Source of the DNA: Candidatus Latescibacterota bacterium
Lineage (GTDB): Bacteria > Latescibacterota > UBA2968 > UBA8231
Length of the DNA stretch: 64,000 nt
NCBI GenBank assembly: GCA_965242865.1
Contig: CBDETK010000008.1
Location: forward strand, 1 to 64,000
Direction of reading: 5' to 3'
Shown: positions 1-11,400 of the stretch, one piece after another
How positions within the stretch are numbered: position 1 is the stretch's first letter
Layout: each line of letters starts with the position of its first letter
The notes under the pieces: model-generated
Database searches by the model: none
What the model was told of the DNA's origin: nothing
What the model saw: the letters and a program-made list of their open reading frames with translations, nothing else
Position numbers and translations under genes: made by a program

Positions 1-162
1 TCGATGGCCTTTTACTAACTCTTTATAGATCTCGCTCGGAATCCGGACGTACCTCTGCGTGGACTGCCAAAGCAGCCATCCCCAGAATTCAGGGACTCGG
101 TCAAGCGGATAGTAATAACGATCCGCGTCGATAAGGGTGTTTGCATCAAGCAAGTACAGCAT
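1..162 (-). CDS. DUF4411-family PIN-like protein (runs off the window start)
   Basis: Manual translation MLYLLDANTLIDADRYYYPLDRVPEFWGWL..., a PIN-type (Y/L)LLDAN start; RBS GAGGAGG upstream; directly follows XRE-ImmA gene. Confidence 0.75.
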   Translation of the reverse strand, partial: MLYLLDANTLIDADRYYYPLDRVPEFWGWLLWQSTQRYVRIPSEIYKELVKGHR

Positions 163-183
163 GGATCTATACCTCCTCGCATG

Positions 184-1350
184 TCATTTCGAATCGAAAA
201 TATTTTGCATGTTGCCCGTCTTGACGTTCAGTATCTTGGCCGCTTTGAGCGTCGTGAGTGCCCCGCTTAGCAACAACTCTTGAGTTGTATCGATTAACTT
301 TTTGCCGATTTGGTACTTATGCCTCACATAATACCCAGGGCCGCCTTGCCGTTCTCCCGACGAGTCTCGGCGGTTCTTGGCGGATTGATGCCATTCATTT
401 CTGAATCGCTCGTTTAGCGAGCGATATGATTGAAATGTAATTTTTCCTGATCGCCAAGCTCTATATGCAACCATACTGCGACTCAGGTTACGCTTCTTGG
501 AAAACATTCCGATCCGGTCGGCCACTGTTGCGAATTCTGTTGCAAGTCCTAACTGAAGGTTCTTGAGTTCATCTGTTGGCAAGAGAAAGTTGCTGGCAAC
601 ATCATTACAGAACTTCTCGACATCATTCTCGGAATCCATCCCACTAATTCCTGTATTTCCAAGAATGAGATGTGCGAGTTCATGTAATAGTGTGAATGAG
701 AGGGCCGACTTCGCGTCTTGGCCATTGATTACGACAAACGGTGCCATCGCATCAGCGATTACGAAACCCCGGAACTGATCTAGATCGATCTTGGAATGAT
801 AGCTCCCCAAATCATTCTTGAGTAAAACGAACACGCCCGCATCGTGGGTCCGATCCCGCAAGAGATTAAATGCAGACTCAGGCTTGCTCATGGCGTAGTA
901 TTGAGGTGCTGACATACCGACCACACTGTGAAGCTGGGTTACTACTTTGGCGACTCCATCTGACGCTTTTAGAGACGCCACAAATGGCAGGTTACTTGCT
1001 TCTTCTTCGTCCTCTAACGCTGCCTTAAGTATTCCTTGACGCACTCGAATATCTCTGATCAATGCCTTCAAGTTTGCGTCTAAATTGGTGGCCTTATGGA
1101 CAGAATGTTGTGCGCGAAAATCGACCCCATAATCGCACTCATGCGGCGGATTGACCATATAGAATGCAATGAGAGGCTGGCGATAAACCTTAGCCATTCT
1201 TTCTAGCATTGCCGAGGTTGGGTGAATCTTTCCAGACTCGAGGTTCGCCAGCCGAAGGGGTGCTATCCTGAGCTTCCTGACAGCTTGATCTACGTTCAGT
1301 CCCGCAGACCCGCGCGCCCAAGTCAGTATTTTTGGATTGACACTTGGCAT
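184..1350 (-). CDS. XRE-family HTH fused to ImmA/IrrE metallo-endopeptidase
   Basis: N-terminal HTH (LTWARGSAGL...LESGKIHPT), FTLLHELAH zinc motif, EKFCNDVASNFLLP; lower GC than the backbone. Confidence 0.9.
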   Translation of the reverse strand: MPSVNPKILTWARGSAGLNVDQAVRKLRIAPLRLANLESGKIHPTSAMLERMAKVYRQPLIAFYMVNPPHECDYGVDFRAQHSVHKATNLDANLKALIRDIRVRQGILKAALEDEEEASNLPFVASLKASDGVAKVVTQLHSVVGMSAPQYYAMSKPESAFNLLRDRTHDAGVFVLLKNDLGSYHSKIDLDQFRGFVIADAMAPFVVINGQDAKSALSFTLLHELAHLILGNTGISGMDSENDVEKFCNDVASNFLLPTDELKNLQLGLATEFATVADRIGMFSKKRNLSRSMVAYRAWRSGKITFQSYRSLNERFRNEWHQSAKNRRDSSGERQGGPGYYVRHKYQIGKKLIDTTQELLLSGALTTLKAAKILNVKTGNMQNIFDSK

Positions 1351-2344
1351 CGTCTGCTGTGCTTCCTTCGACTATAGCACGAGTGCCTTCACCACCGGGG
1401 ATCCGCGTCGATACACCAGCGGGGTCGGATTTCAAGTCGCTGGCCGGGAGTCTCCTGTGTTGTGCCCGTCGGCATCTGGCGGTCTGACGGCGATGGGGCG
1501 GACTGAGCGAGCAATCACCGTACCATCCACCATCGAGATTCCGTCCTGCCTCAGTTCACGAAGTCCGCAAGGCTCACCCGCTCGGCCAAGTAGCGTCACG
1601 AACGTTGGCCGCACGTTGGATGTGGCCGCCGCCAAGCGGTCGCGACTGCATGACTCACTGTATACCAAAAATCGCACCACAGTATCAAGGCGTTTCTGGG
1701 AGGGTCGCTGTGCCAGTGGTCGAAGCATCCGTGCAACGTGATGGCATAGCCGCGGAACGCGAGATCATGTACCATTCACTCTGGGGTTGCTTGGCAGCGA
1801 GCAGCCAGATTCAGAACGGCACCTTTCGGGAGAGGCGATACTCCATGTCTAAAGGTTCGAAACTGTTCGTGACCGCGGGCTTCGGGCCAATGACAGGCTC
1901 GGTCCGCTCTTACGCATCACTGAATGCCTGGACTCCTAGATGCATGCAGGCACGGTGTACGACCACAGAGACCGTTCGTGGCTGGCTCTCGCCTGCGTCA
2001 CTCCGGCTAGGGGCAAGTACCGGAACCGCATCGCCGCGCTAGCGCAGAACGAGAGCGGGTTGCAATTTCAGCGGCAGGTCTCGCTGCGAGCCTCGGACCT
2101 CCGCCGTAGGCTGCGCCCCTTGGCCCTTGGGTTCGCAAGGCTCGTAGAGCACCCACCGCCGCGTTGTCACAGTTGCACCTGTACGGCTGGGGCAGGACGG
2201 GGGCGGAAATCTGAAAGCGAGCAATCGGAGCGAAGAGTCCGCATTCGCTGTATTTCGCATTGACCCTACGATGGGCTTCTCGCATTGGACCCGCCCGCTC
2301 CACGCCCGCCTCGATGCTCGGGCTGGTGCGATAATCTGACCGCC

Positions 2345-3802
2345 ATGAGTTCCCAGATCTCGCGCCGAGACTTTGTCCGTACAGGGGCCGCTGCTGCTGT
2401 CGCCCAGCAAGCTGTCGCCGCTGCGGACAGCCGCCCGAACATCCTGTGGATCTGCACCGATCAGCAGCGCTGGGACACGATCCGCTCGCTGGGAAACGAG
2501 CACATCCGCACGCCCAACATCGACCGCCTCGTCGCGAGCGGCGTCTCCTTCGAAAACGCCTACTGCCAATCGCCGATTTGCACGCCCAGCCGCGCCGGAT
2601 TCCTCACGGGCATGTACCCGTCGGCCGTCCACGGCTGCATGAACGGCAACGACTTCTGGGACAGCGCCGCCCCGCTTGTGACCAAGACCCTTGCCGACGC
2701 TGGCTACGATTGCGGCCTCTCCGGGAAATTCCATCTGTCTGCGGCTCAGGGCCGGATCGAGCCCCGCGTCGACGACGGTTACCGAGTCTTCCACTGGAGC
2801 CATCACCCTCACGACGACTGGCCCGAGGGCCACGCTTACGTCGACTGGCTCAAGTCGCAGGGCCAGGACTACAGCTCGGTCTACGAGAAGCTCGGCTATA
2901 TCCCGAGCCGGTACCACCAGACGACATGGTGCGCGGACCGCGCGATTGACTTCATGCGTGAGAAGCGCACGCAACCGTGGCTCTTCAGCTTGAACTGCTT
3001 CGACCCGCACTCGCCTTTCGACCCTCCGCAAGAATGGCTCGATCACTATCCTGAGGCCGCCATGCCGGGTCCGCTGTTCCGCGAGTCCGACCTAGCGAAT
3101 CAAGACCGGTTGAAGGAGATCAACTTCCAGAGAACCGCCCGGCGTCCCGAGGAGATGAACGCCAAGTCCTACCAAGCCAAGTACTACGCCATGATCGAGC
3201 TGATCGACCAAAATGTCGGGCGGATGCTGGACGCTCTGGAAGCGAGCGGCCAGATCGACAACACGGTCGTCATCTTTACCAGCGACCATGGCGAGACCTT
3301 GGGTGACCACGGTCTCTTGCTCAAGGGCTGCCGCTTCTACGAGAGCTTGGTGCATGTGCCGCTAGTCATCTCTTGGCCGGGCAGGTTCAAGGCCGGTTTG
3401 CGGAGCAAGGCCTTGGTCGAACTGACCGACATCGCGCCGACTTTGCTCGAGTTGGCCGGGCAGGCGGTTCCGGCCTCGATGCACGGCAAGTCGCTGGCCC
3501 CGATCTTGACGGGTGACGCCGCTCCCGACCGCCACCGGGAATTCGTGCGGAGCGAGTACTATCGCGCCTTGGCAGGCGTCCAGAGCTTCGGGACGATGGT
3601 CCGTAGCGAGAGGTTCAAGCACGTGACCTACCACGGTCACGGTCTTGGCGAACTCTTTGACTTGGAAGCCGATCCCGGGGAATTCGACAACCTCTGGGAC
3701 GATCCGCGCATGGCGCAGGTGCGTCACGACCACATGGTGATGAATTTCGACGCGCTGGCAATGTCCACGGATGTTGGCCCCGAGCGCGTAGCGCGATATT
3801 AG
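2345..3802 (+). CDS. Sulfatase (formylglycine-dependent), Tat-exported
   Basis: SRRDFV Tat motif, PNILWICTDQQR, CTPSRAG sulfatase signature, GKFHL, FTSDHG. Confidence 0.93.
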   Translation: MSSQISRRDFVRTGAAAAVAQQAVAAADSRPNILWICTDQQRWDTIRSLGNEHIRTPNIDRLVASGVSFENAYCQSPICTPSRAGFLTGMYPSAVHGCMNGNDFWDSAAPLVTKTLADAGYDCGLSGKFHLSAAQGRIEPRVDDGYRVFHWSHHPHDDWPEGHAYVDWLKSQGQDYSSVYEKLGYIPSRYHQTTWCADRAIDFMREKRTQPWLFSLNCFDPHSPFDPPQEWLDHYPEAAMPGPLFRESDLANQDRLKEINFQRTARRPEEMNAKSYQAKYYAMIELIDQNVGRMLDALEASGQIDNTVVIFTSDHGETLGDHGLLLKGCRFYESLVHVPLVISWPGRFKAGLRSKALVELTDIAPTLLELAGQAVPASMHGKSLAPILTGDAAPDRHREFVRSEYYRALAGVQSFGTMVRSERFKHVTYHGHGLGELFDLEADPGEFDNLWDDPRMAQVRHDHMVMNFDALAMSTDVGPERVARY

Positions 3803-4030
3803 CTCGCTCCAACAGGCTTGGAGTGCCTTGGACGGCTAAGGCCATGCCTCCACCTTCCGCGCTTGCTGCGGCAGCTCGCCGCTAGGATCACGGCGGCCTC
3901 TTTGCCCCGTGGGGCCGCTTCCGGGTATTCTCGCCATGTACCCACCGCCAATGGCATCAATTGCTAGCTTGGCCCTGTGATACCGTTACCATCGCGTGCC
4001 GCGAATCCGCGGCCGCATCGGAGGATTTCC

Positions 4031-5305
4031 ATGAATCGACGCTACTTTCTCGGGGCTGCGGCCATGGCCGGCGTGGCTGCCAGCCGGTCCGTCGCGGTCG
4101 CTGCCAACGAGAAGGTCAATGTAGGCCTGATCGGCGTCGGAGGGCGCGGTCGCGGCTTGACGCGAGCCTTCAACGACTTGCCCGAAGTCAACGTTTCGTA
4201 TCTCTGCGACACCGACCAAGCGTCCCTCGAACGCGCCGGGCAAGTCCTCGAGCGCGCGGGGGCTCGAGTGCCGGCCACGACCAACGACATGCGGCACCTG
4301 TTCGACTCCAAGGATGTAGACGCGGTCGTGATCGCGACCCCGGATCACTGGCATGCTCCCGCCACGATCCTTGCCTGCGACGCCGGCAAGGATGTGTACG
4401 TTGAGAAACCCGCTTCCCACAACGTCCGCGAAGGCCGCTTGATGGTGGACGCGGCGCGCCGGAATCGCCGCATCGTGCAGGTCGGCACGCAGGCCCGCAG
4501 CAGGCCCTCCACGCGCAGGGCCATCGAGATCGCCAAGTCAGGCGACCTGGGCGAGGTGCTGATGGCGAAGGCTTGGAACGTCCAGATGCGAGAGAACATC
4601 GGGCGGAAGGAGAATTCGCCGGTTCCGCAAGGAGTCGATTACGACACCTGGCTCGGTCCTGCACCGTGGATCCCGTTCAACGAGAATCGCTTTCACTACA
4701 AGTGGCACTGGCACTGGCATTTCGGCACGGGCGACGCCGGCAACGACGGAGCGCACCAGCTCGACATCGCGCGCTGGGCGCTTGGGGTCGACTATCCGAC
4801 CAAGGCCAGCGGCATGGGCGGAAAGCTTTACTTCGATGACGACCAGCAGACGCCCGACACGATGAACGTGACGTTCGAGTACGGGCGCAAGGCCCTGATC
4901 TGGGAGATGCGCATCTGGAATCCCTACCAGCTCGAAGGAGTCGATGCCGGCGTTGCTGTGTACGGCAGCGACGCGTCGATCCAGATCGGTCCGTTCAACC
5001 GCCGTTGGGGCTACAAGCTATTCGACAGCAAGGGGGCCCTTGTCGAGCACAACGACGCCGACGACGAGGCGGACGACCACCAGCGCGATTTCATCAACAG
5101 CGTGAAGACCCGCGAGTTGCCGCGGTGCGACATTTCGGTAGGCCACCTTTCCGCGATCCACTGCCATCTGGCGAACATCGTCTCCCGCACGGGGCGCAAC
5201 CTGAGATTCGAGCAGGAGACGGAGCGCTGCATTGACGACTCCCATGCGAATCAGTACGTCAAGCGCAGGTACCGGACGCATTGGAGCACTCCGCAGGGAG
5301 CCTGA
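4031..5305 (+). CDS. Gfo/Idh/MocA oxidoreductase, Tat-exported
   Basis: NRRYFL, GLIGVGGRG, DAVVIATPDHWH, KDVYVEKP; RBS GAGG before ATG 4031. Confidence 0.93.
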   Translation: MNRRYFLGAAAMAGVAASRSVAVAANEKVNVGLIGVGGRGRGLTRAFNDLPEVNVSYLCDTDQASLERAGQVLERAGARVPATTNDMRHLFDSKDVDAVVIATPDHWHAPATILACDAGKDVYVEKPASHNVREGRLMVDAARRNRRIVQVGTQARSRPSTRRAIEIAKSGDLGEVLMAKAWNVQMRENIGRKENSPVPQGVDYDTWLGPAPWIPFNENRFHYKWHWHWHFGTGDAGNDGAHQLDIARWALGVDYPTKASGMGGKLYFDDDQQTPDTMNVTFEYGRKALIWEMRIWNPYQLEGVDAGVAVYGSDASIQIGPFNRRWGYKLFDSKGALVEHNDADDEADDHQRDFINSVKTRELPRCDISVGHLSAIHCHLANIVSRTGRNLRFEQETERCIDDSHANQYVKRRYRTHWSTPQGA

Positions 5306-5331
5306 TCCGCTCGGTCGGCCGGATCGGTCGC

Positions 5332-6354
5332 TCAGAATGTCACGCCTAGACCGCTGGAGATGCCGTAATCGTTCTTCTTGGTCTGGGCCGCGGGTCGGCT
5401 GTCGAAGCGGTCGAAGAGCCGTAGCGAATACGTAAAGCGCCCCCACACGGGCACGCGCAACGTGCTGTCGTACTCCAATCGGACGCGTCCGCGGTCGACT
5501 ATGTTCGGATGCATCGAGAACTCCGTTACCAGTTCGATGAAATCGAACAGGCGGGTTTCCCATTCGACGCCGAACGATCCTTCTCCGGTGACCCGGTTCC
5601 CGGCATGGCGGAAGCGTTCGTGAACGTAGGCGAAGCCTCCCAGCACGAGCAGGTTCGTCGTCTCGTTGCGTAGGAGCCTGCGTCCGAATCCCCCGCCAAG
5701 CTGGGTTCGCAAGTCTAGACTCCTGCGTTCGTTGCGTTCGAAATCGGACAGCCCGTAGGTGAAGGTTCGAGCCTTCCAGTAACGGTCCACGCGAAAGCCG
5801 AGCGAGTGCCTGCTCTGGGCCCGCGCCCCGTCTTGGCGAGCCAGGAGCGAGTCCAGGCGGCCCGAGACCTCGTACGCATCAGATGTGTAAGTCGCCCGCC
5901 CGCCTAGCGACGACTGCATCTGGCTTTGGTTCCCTCGCGCCAAGCTGTAGCCGTAGTCCACGATCCCCTCGGCCGGCCCCAAGAAGCGGAACGGTCCCTT
6001 GCGTACCCTGTCCGGGACGACGCGCGCCACCGATTCGGAAGGCAATTCGACGGGATCGGCACCCTCGATCTCCACCCTGAGCTCGTCGCCTTGTCGCACG
6101 ACCGTCCCCGCGAGCCGCTTGCCCTCGTCCGTCAGGACGAGGAACTGCCTGTCGCTAGCGAACGAATCGATCGCACTCCATGGAATACGCATGTCCCCGA
6201 GCACCTCTGACTCAAGCACGAGGGTCTCGTCCGCCATGCGCGTAACCGTGCCCGTAAGCCTGTCTCCGTTGGTGAGGACAACGGTCTCGGCGGTGCCTGA
6301 TATCGCGCAGAGGAGAGGGACGAGGAACGCGAGCAGTGTTCGATCTACATGCAT
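5332..6354 (-). CDS. DUF481-family outer-membrane beta-barrel protein
   Basis: Signal peptide, VVLTNGDRLTG N-terminal motif, amphipathic beta strands, C-terminal F. Confidence 0.8.
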   Translation of the reverse strand: MHVDRTLLAFLVPLLCAISGTAETVVLTNGDRLTGTVTRMADETLVLESEVLGDMRIPWSAIDSFASDRQFLVLTDEGKRLAGTVVRQGDELRVEIEGADPVELPSESVARVVPDRVRKGPFRFLGPAEGIVDYGYSLARGNQSQMQSSLGGRATYTSDAYEVSGRLDSLLARQDGARAQSRHSLGFRVDRYWKARTFTYGLSDFERNERRSLDLRTQLGGGFGRRLLRNETTNLLVLGGFAYVHERFRHAGNRVTGEGSFGVEWETRLFDFIELVTEFSMHPNIVDRGRVRLEYDSTLRVPVWGRFTYSLRLFDRFDSRPAAQTKKNDYGISSGLGVTF

Positions 6355-6455
6355 GGGAAGACCCTAGACGCGGAAGGGAGGCGGGCGCCCGCCGATCGCG
6401 GCACCCGAAGTCGCCGTCTAGTCTCAGCCTAAGCGAGCGGTCGGACTGCCCACGT

Positions 6456-7328
6456 CTATCGAGACGCGCCGACGGCCGCTCCGGTGGGGGCGCCGGGCGG
6501 CGGCAGGCGTGGCGGCGGCGGGATGAGCCCGTTCGGATCGAACAACCTGCCGGGAAGGTAATCGGTTACCCGAGGGCCTTCAAGGGCCCGCACTTTGATG
6601 TTGCGGTACCAGACCGGGTGGTTGTGGTGCGTGAGCGCGATATATCCCGGACCCTTGAATCCGAACCCCGGCACGCGCTTGAACTTCGTGCGCTCCACGC
6701 GCTGGAACATGTCCTGCGAGTTGAATTCGTACTCTAGGATCTTCTTGCCGTTCAGCCAGTGCTCCCCGTGGGTCCCGTTGACTACGATCCGCGACGTGTT
6801 CCACTCGCCCGGGCCCCGAACCGGCTTGTCGTCGGCGGGTTTGTACAGGAGGTAGAGCGACCCGCAACTGGAGTACTCCCAGCCGGGCCCGCGATTCTTC
6901 AAGATAGTGTCGTCGAGCAGTTGGTATTCCGGTCCAGTCGCGCGCAGGATCGACCGGCGCTTGGCGTCCGCGCTCAAGTGCGGTCGATATCCCGGGCTCG
7001 CCCAAGCCTTTTGGACTAGGTACTTCACCCCGCTGTTGCCGCCGGGTACGAGCTTCCAGTCGAAGACCAGTTCGAAATTCTCAAACTGGCTGACCGTGAC
7101 GAGGTCTCCGCCGCTATTGTCTGCTAGCGTCCGGATCGTCCCGTCCTCGACGGCCCACGATCTGGTCGGGAACGGGGTGTTTTGAAAGCCTTCCCAGCCG
7201 GTCGAGGACTCGCCGTCGAACAGGAGTTGCCAGCCATGGAGCTTTTCGGCTTCCGTGAGCTGGTTGTGAGCGGGACCCGCGAACCCGAGGCCCGCACCGA
7301 GAATCGAGGCGATGAAGATACGAATCAT
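6456..7328 (-). CDS. DUF1080 (3-keto-disaccharide hydrolase-like) secreted protein
   Basis: GWQLLFDG, ENFELVFDWK, GNSGVKY, EYQLLDD, GEWNTSRI, VWYRNIKVR; signal peptide from ATG 7328. Confidence 0.88.
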   Translation of the reverse strand: MIRIFIASILGAGLGFAGPAHNQLTEAEKLHGWQLLFDGESSTGWEGFQNTPFPTRSWAVEDGTIRTLADNSGGDLVTVSQFENFELVFDWKLVPGGNSGVKYLVQKAWASPGYRPHLSADAKRRSILRATGPEYQLLDDTILKNRGPGWEYSSCGSLYLLYKPADDKPVRGPGEWNTSRIVVNGTHGEHWLNGKKILEYEFNSQDMFQRVERTKFKRVPGFGFKGPGYIALTHHNHPVWYRNIKVRALEGPRVTDYLPGRLFDPNGLIPPPPRLPPPGAPTGAAVGASR

Positions 7329-7616
7329 GAGCGTCCCGCAAGTTTCAAGCATAGCGGATGGAGCGGTTCCGCCGCTCGCCGAGAACGCTTCAGGGAGCAC
7401 TCCGCCAACTGAGCCAGGACGGGGGTGTAGCGGGCGCAAATCAGTAACTCGCGCAGGATGAGACGCAGGCTTAGCCGAGCAGCCCTCGAGGCTTGGCAGG
7501 CGGGGCGCAACCGAGCCGCCGGGCACCACCGAGGGGACCGCCGGAGCGGATTCGACGGAACGCTGACACCACGTGCTTCTGAGGGTGCGCCGACGGTCAC
7601 CGGGGGACGAGCGCGG

Positions 7617-7644
7617 TTGACAGCGCGTCTTCGGGTGTGACGAT
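7617..7644 (+). promoter_or_regulatory. Putative sigma70 promoter for 7769 ORF
   Basis: TTGACA (7617-7622), 16 nt spacer, GACGAT (7639-7644). Confidence 0.35.
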
Positions 7645-7768
7645 GATGGACTTGATGGTACATCGTCATCAGGACAGTGCGATTGGTATGCGACGGAGTC
7701 AGCGTCGCCGAGAGCGAGCGAGAAGCGATTCTGTCCGCTCGGGTCGGGCTATAGCGTTTGGAGGGATC

Positions 7769-8299
7769 ATGGCACACTTGGATTTGTATCGAGACATGGT
7801 CAAGGAACAGGCTTGGATGCGTAGCGGCGCCCCGGTCTTCAATGGCTCTACGGAGCACGCCTCCGCTGTCGTGGAGACTCTCTTTGCGACCGCTCAGGAG
7901 CAAGTGTCGATTCTGACTGGAAGCCTAAGCCCCCGCGTGTACGGGCGGCAACCAGTTGTCACGGAAGCCAAGCTCTACTTGGCGGTCTCTCACAAGAACA
8001 GGCTGAGGATCATCTTGGAGAGAGACTCGAAGATTGATCGCCAGCGGCACCCGCTCCTTATCGCGTGTTCCGACTTCCCGAATGTCGAGCTTCGCGTTGC
8101 GCCACCCGAGGTTCAAGAGTGGTACGACTTCCACTTCCTTGTTGCAGATGCGGACTGCTACCGCCTCGTAAGCGACAAGACCCTTCCGCTTGCGACCGCG
8201 CGGTTCGGGGATGTCGAAGGGGCTCAGAACCTGAATCGAATATTCGACATCTTGTGGGCGGACTCTGAACCCATCCAAACGCTCCCCAGTCGGCAGTAG
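7769..8299 (+). CDS. Hypothetical protein, possibly PLD-like fold without HKD motif
   Basis: RBS GGAGGG before ATG 7769; pattern LFATAQEQVSILTGSL...LRIIL...VELRV...HFLVADADCYR...FDILW resembles PLD-like domains. Confidence 0.6.
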   Translation: MAHLDLYRDMVKEQAWMRSGAPVFNGSTEHASAVVETLFATAQEQVSILTGSLSPRVYGRQPVVTEAKLYLAVSHKNRLRIILERDSKIDRQRHPLLIACSDFPNVELRVAPPEVQEWYDFHFLVADADCYRLVSDKTLPLATARFGDVEGAQNLNRIFDILWADSEPIQTLPSRQ

Positions 8300-8484
8300 C
8301 GGTTCCCCAGAGCGGTGCTGTTATTGGCCACAGGCCCCGTCAGGGACCGGGTTGAAGATAGTCAGTCCGCTTGGCGTCACTTCCACTCGAATCCGCCGTT
8401 GCCGAAGACCGCCGCTTCCGGTTGCATTCGCCAAGGGAGGCCTCCCAGAGACCAAGTCGGCCGCGACTGTCCGCGCAGGCTCGC

Positions 8485-11400
8485 TTACCGCACGAATAAG
8501 AACTCGGCAGTGTTGAGCATCGCGTGCGCGACATCCGTCCATCGGTCGGCCGGCGACTCCGCATTGTTCGCGGAATCCCCTTGCGTAGACAGGAATCGCT
8601 CGAGCTGCTCGATCTCGGATTCGACCGGCGGGCGACCGTATGCGCTCAGGTACATGCCCTGCAATCTATCCCGAGGCGTCCCGTCCGCGTTTCGCGCCTG
8701 CTCCGCCCACCGTTCCGCCTGCTCCGCCACGAACTGGTTGTTGAGCATCAGCAGCGCTTGAGAGGCCACCGCCGAGACGCCGCGACGGCCCTCGGCGGAG
8801 ATTGGCAGCGGATAGTCGAACGCTAGGAACAGCGGCGGCAGGAAGTTTCTGCGCACTTGCGTGTAGACACTGCGCCGTCCCTGTCCGTCGAGCGGTCCGG
8901 ACTGCGGCTTGCCGCGTCCGTCTTGGTACTCGCTGATGTGCGGCGGAACGCTCGGGCCTCCTACCGCCGAGTCGAGCGAGCCGGCGACCGCGAGCACCGA
9001 ATCGCGAATCGCTTCCGCTTCCAGCCGGCGCACGGGGAAGTGAGACAAGAACCGATTGGAGGGATCGCCCTCCGTTGTGGCGGACGATTCGACGCTGCTC
9101 GTTCTGTACGTGCTCGACAGGACTATCGACCGATGCAGATCCTTCACCGACCAGCCCGACGCTACGAACCGGCTCGCTAGGTGATCCAAGAGGTCCGGAT
9201 GGCTCGGCTGTTCGCCCATCCTCCCGAAGTCGTCCGTCGACGCCACGATTCCGCGTCCGAAGTGGTGATGCCAAACCCGATTGACCATCACTCTCGCCGT
9301 CAGTGGATTGCGCTCGCTGGCGACCCATCGCGCGAGTTCCAATCGACCGGAGCCGTCCCGGAACGGCTCTTGGTCGGAGCCTGCGATCACCTGCAGGAAT
9401 TGGCGCGGGGCGATTTCCCCGGGATTTTCGTGATTTCCCCGGACATGGATCGGCGAGTCGGCCGGTTTCCAGTCCTGGCTTGACATGGCGAACGTGGAAG
9501 CCGGGATACGGTCGTCGGCTTGGCGCCGGCGCTCGGCCAGCGCATCCACCGTTTCTGCCTCGGCCGCCGAGAGGAACCGCCGACTGTCTTCCAGGCGGCT
9601 CTGCCCCGTGATTCCGGCGAACAGTGCTTGGTCGGTGTGCGAGCGGTCGGGATCGCTGGCCAGAGCTTTAGCCAGCAATTGGTAAGCCTGCGCGAGGTCG
9701 CCGAGCGACCCGATGGATTCGTCCGCGGCGATCGCGAGCACCCGGGCATCTAGCGCTCCCGCCACCGGCGGCGGTTCCGGATCTTGGGAGAACACGATTT
9801 GGTCGACCGCGATCGCCCCGTCGCGGTCGCGATCGATGATCTCGATCGCGCAGATCCGCCCGCGCTCCTTCGTCATCGCAATGGTGTGCCAATTCAGACG
9901 GCCCTCGCCCGCCGGCATGGCGTGCCCGGACTTGTGCTCGTCGGCAATGACCGTGAGCCGCAGGGCCGCGACTTCCCTCAACCGGCTCGAGTACGGATCC
10001 CCCGCCATCCGCACATGCACGTAGCGGGCAGGCATCCGGAACTTGTCGGTCGTGAGCGTCCCGACGAATCCGTTCGACCCGCCCCCGAAGGACGCGGCGA
10101 GTGCTTGCCCGGCGTATCCGCTCATGCGACGGTCTGGAGGGACGCTGCGAACTGCCGCGCTACCGAAGGCCTCTCCCGTGGAAGTCCACTTGCCCAAGCC
10201 TGTCTTGAAGTCCTCGTAGATTTCGTCGCCGCGCTCTTTCCAAATCGGGTGGTCGCGGTCGGCCTTAGCGGCCCACCCTGCCAGCTCTTTGCGCAACGCA
10301 GCCATCCGGTCGACGAATTCTTCCCCGTCCTCGCTCGGCTGCGCCGCTTTGGCGAATAGGAACAGCGGATGGCTCGGCTCGGTCAGCGCGTATTCCAGTT
10401 CCCGGGCTAGCTCGGGACGGTCCTCGCCCTCGCTCTCCTCGGCCGCGGCGAGCAGTCGCTCGCCAAGCGCGGCCGCGCCGAGCTCTTGGCCCTGGCGCAG
10501 TACCGATTCGATCTCTCGATTGATGTTCGCGATCTCAGTCGCTGCCGCTCGAATCCCCTCGCGCCGTTCCGGGGAATCGATGCACACCTCGCTCATCTGG
10601 ATCGAGTTGAGGATGCCGAACAGGGAATAGTAGTCCGCGGTCGGGATCGGATCGAACTTGTGGTCGTGGCATCGCGCGCATGCCACGGTCAGGCCTTGCG
10701 TGGCCTTGGTCAGCACGTCGATTTGGTTGTTGATGATGTCGGCTCGGGCTTGGATCGAATCGGTCGGCGAATTGAGCACCTCCCACAGCCAGTACATGCC
10801 CGCGGCGACCGGACTCACGTAATGCGTGCCGTCGGACGAGAGGCGCGGAGGCAGCAGGTCGCCCGCGATCTGCTCCTCGAGGAACTGCGTGTACGGGAGG
10901 TCGGAATTGAACGCTTCGATGACGTAGTCGCGGTAGCGCCAGGCGTCGAGCTTGTTGTTGTCGAACTCGTGCCCGTTGGTCTCGGCCCACCGCACTAAGT
11001 CCAGCCAGTGCCGGCCCCACCGCTCTCCGTAGTGCGGCGACGCCAGCAGCCGTTCCACCACCCGTTCGAAGGCGTCGGGGGAGTCGTCGCGCAGGAACGC
11101 TTCGATATGCGCGGGCGACGGCGGCAGTCCGGTCAAGTCGAACGTGACTCGCCGCAAGAAAGTCCTCCGATCCGCTTCCGGGGAGGGTTGCAGCCCGGCC
11201 TCCGCCAATCGCGACAGGATGAAGCGGTCGATCGGATTCCTCGCCCAGGAGTCGCCCTGTGCATCGGGCGCCGCCGGATCTCGCACGGGGCGAAAGCTCC
11301 AGAATTGGCGCCCCGCGGAGAGGTCGATCCCTTCTTCGATGACGGGCGCCGCGGTCGCGGCGCGCGGGTCCGGCGCGCCCATCCGGATCCAAGCTTCCAA

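Noticed and set aside
1350-1950. Short ORFs in long intergenic tracts (also 21370-21770, 23600-24050, 55470-55820)
   Set aside because: No RBS, motifs or coding-like composition; treated as eroded non-coding DNA.
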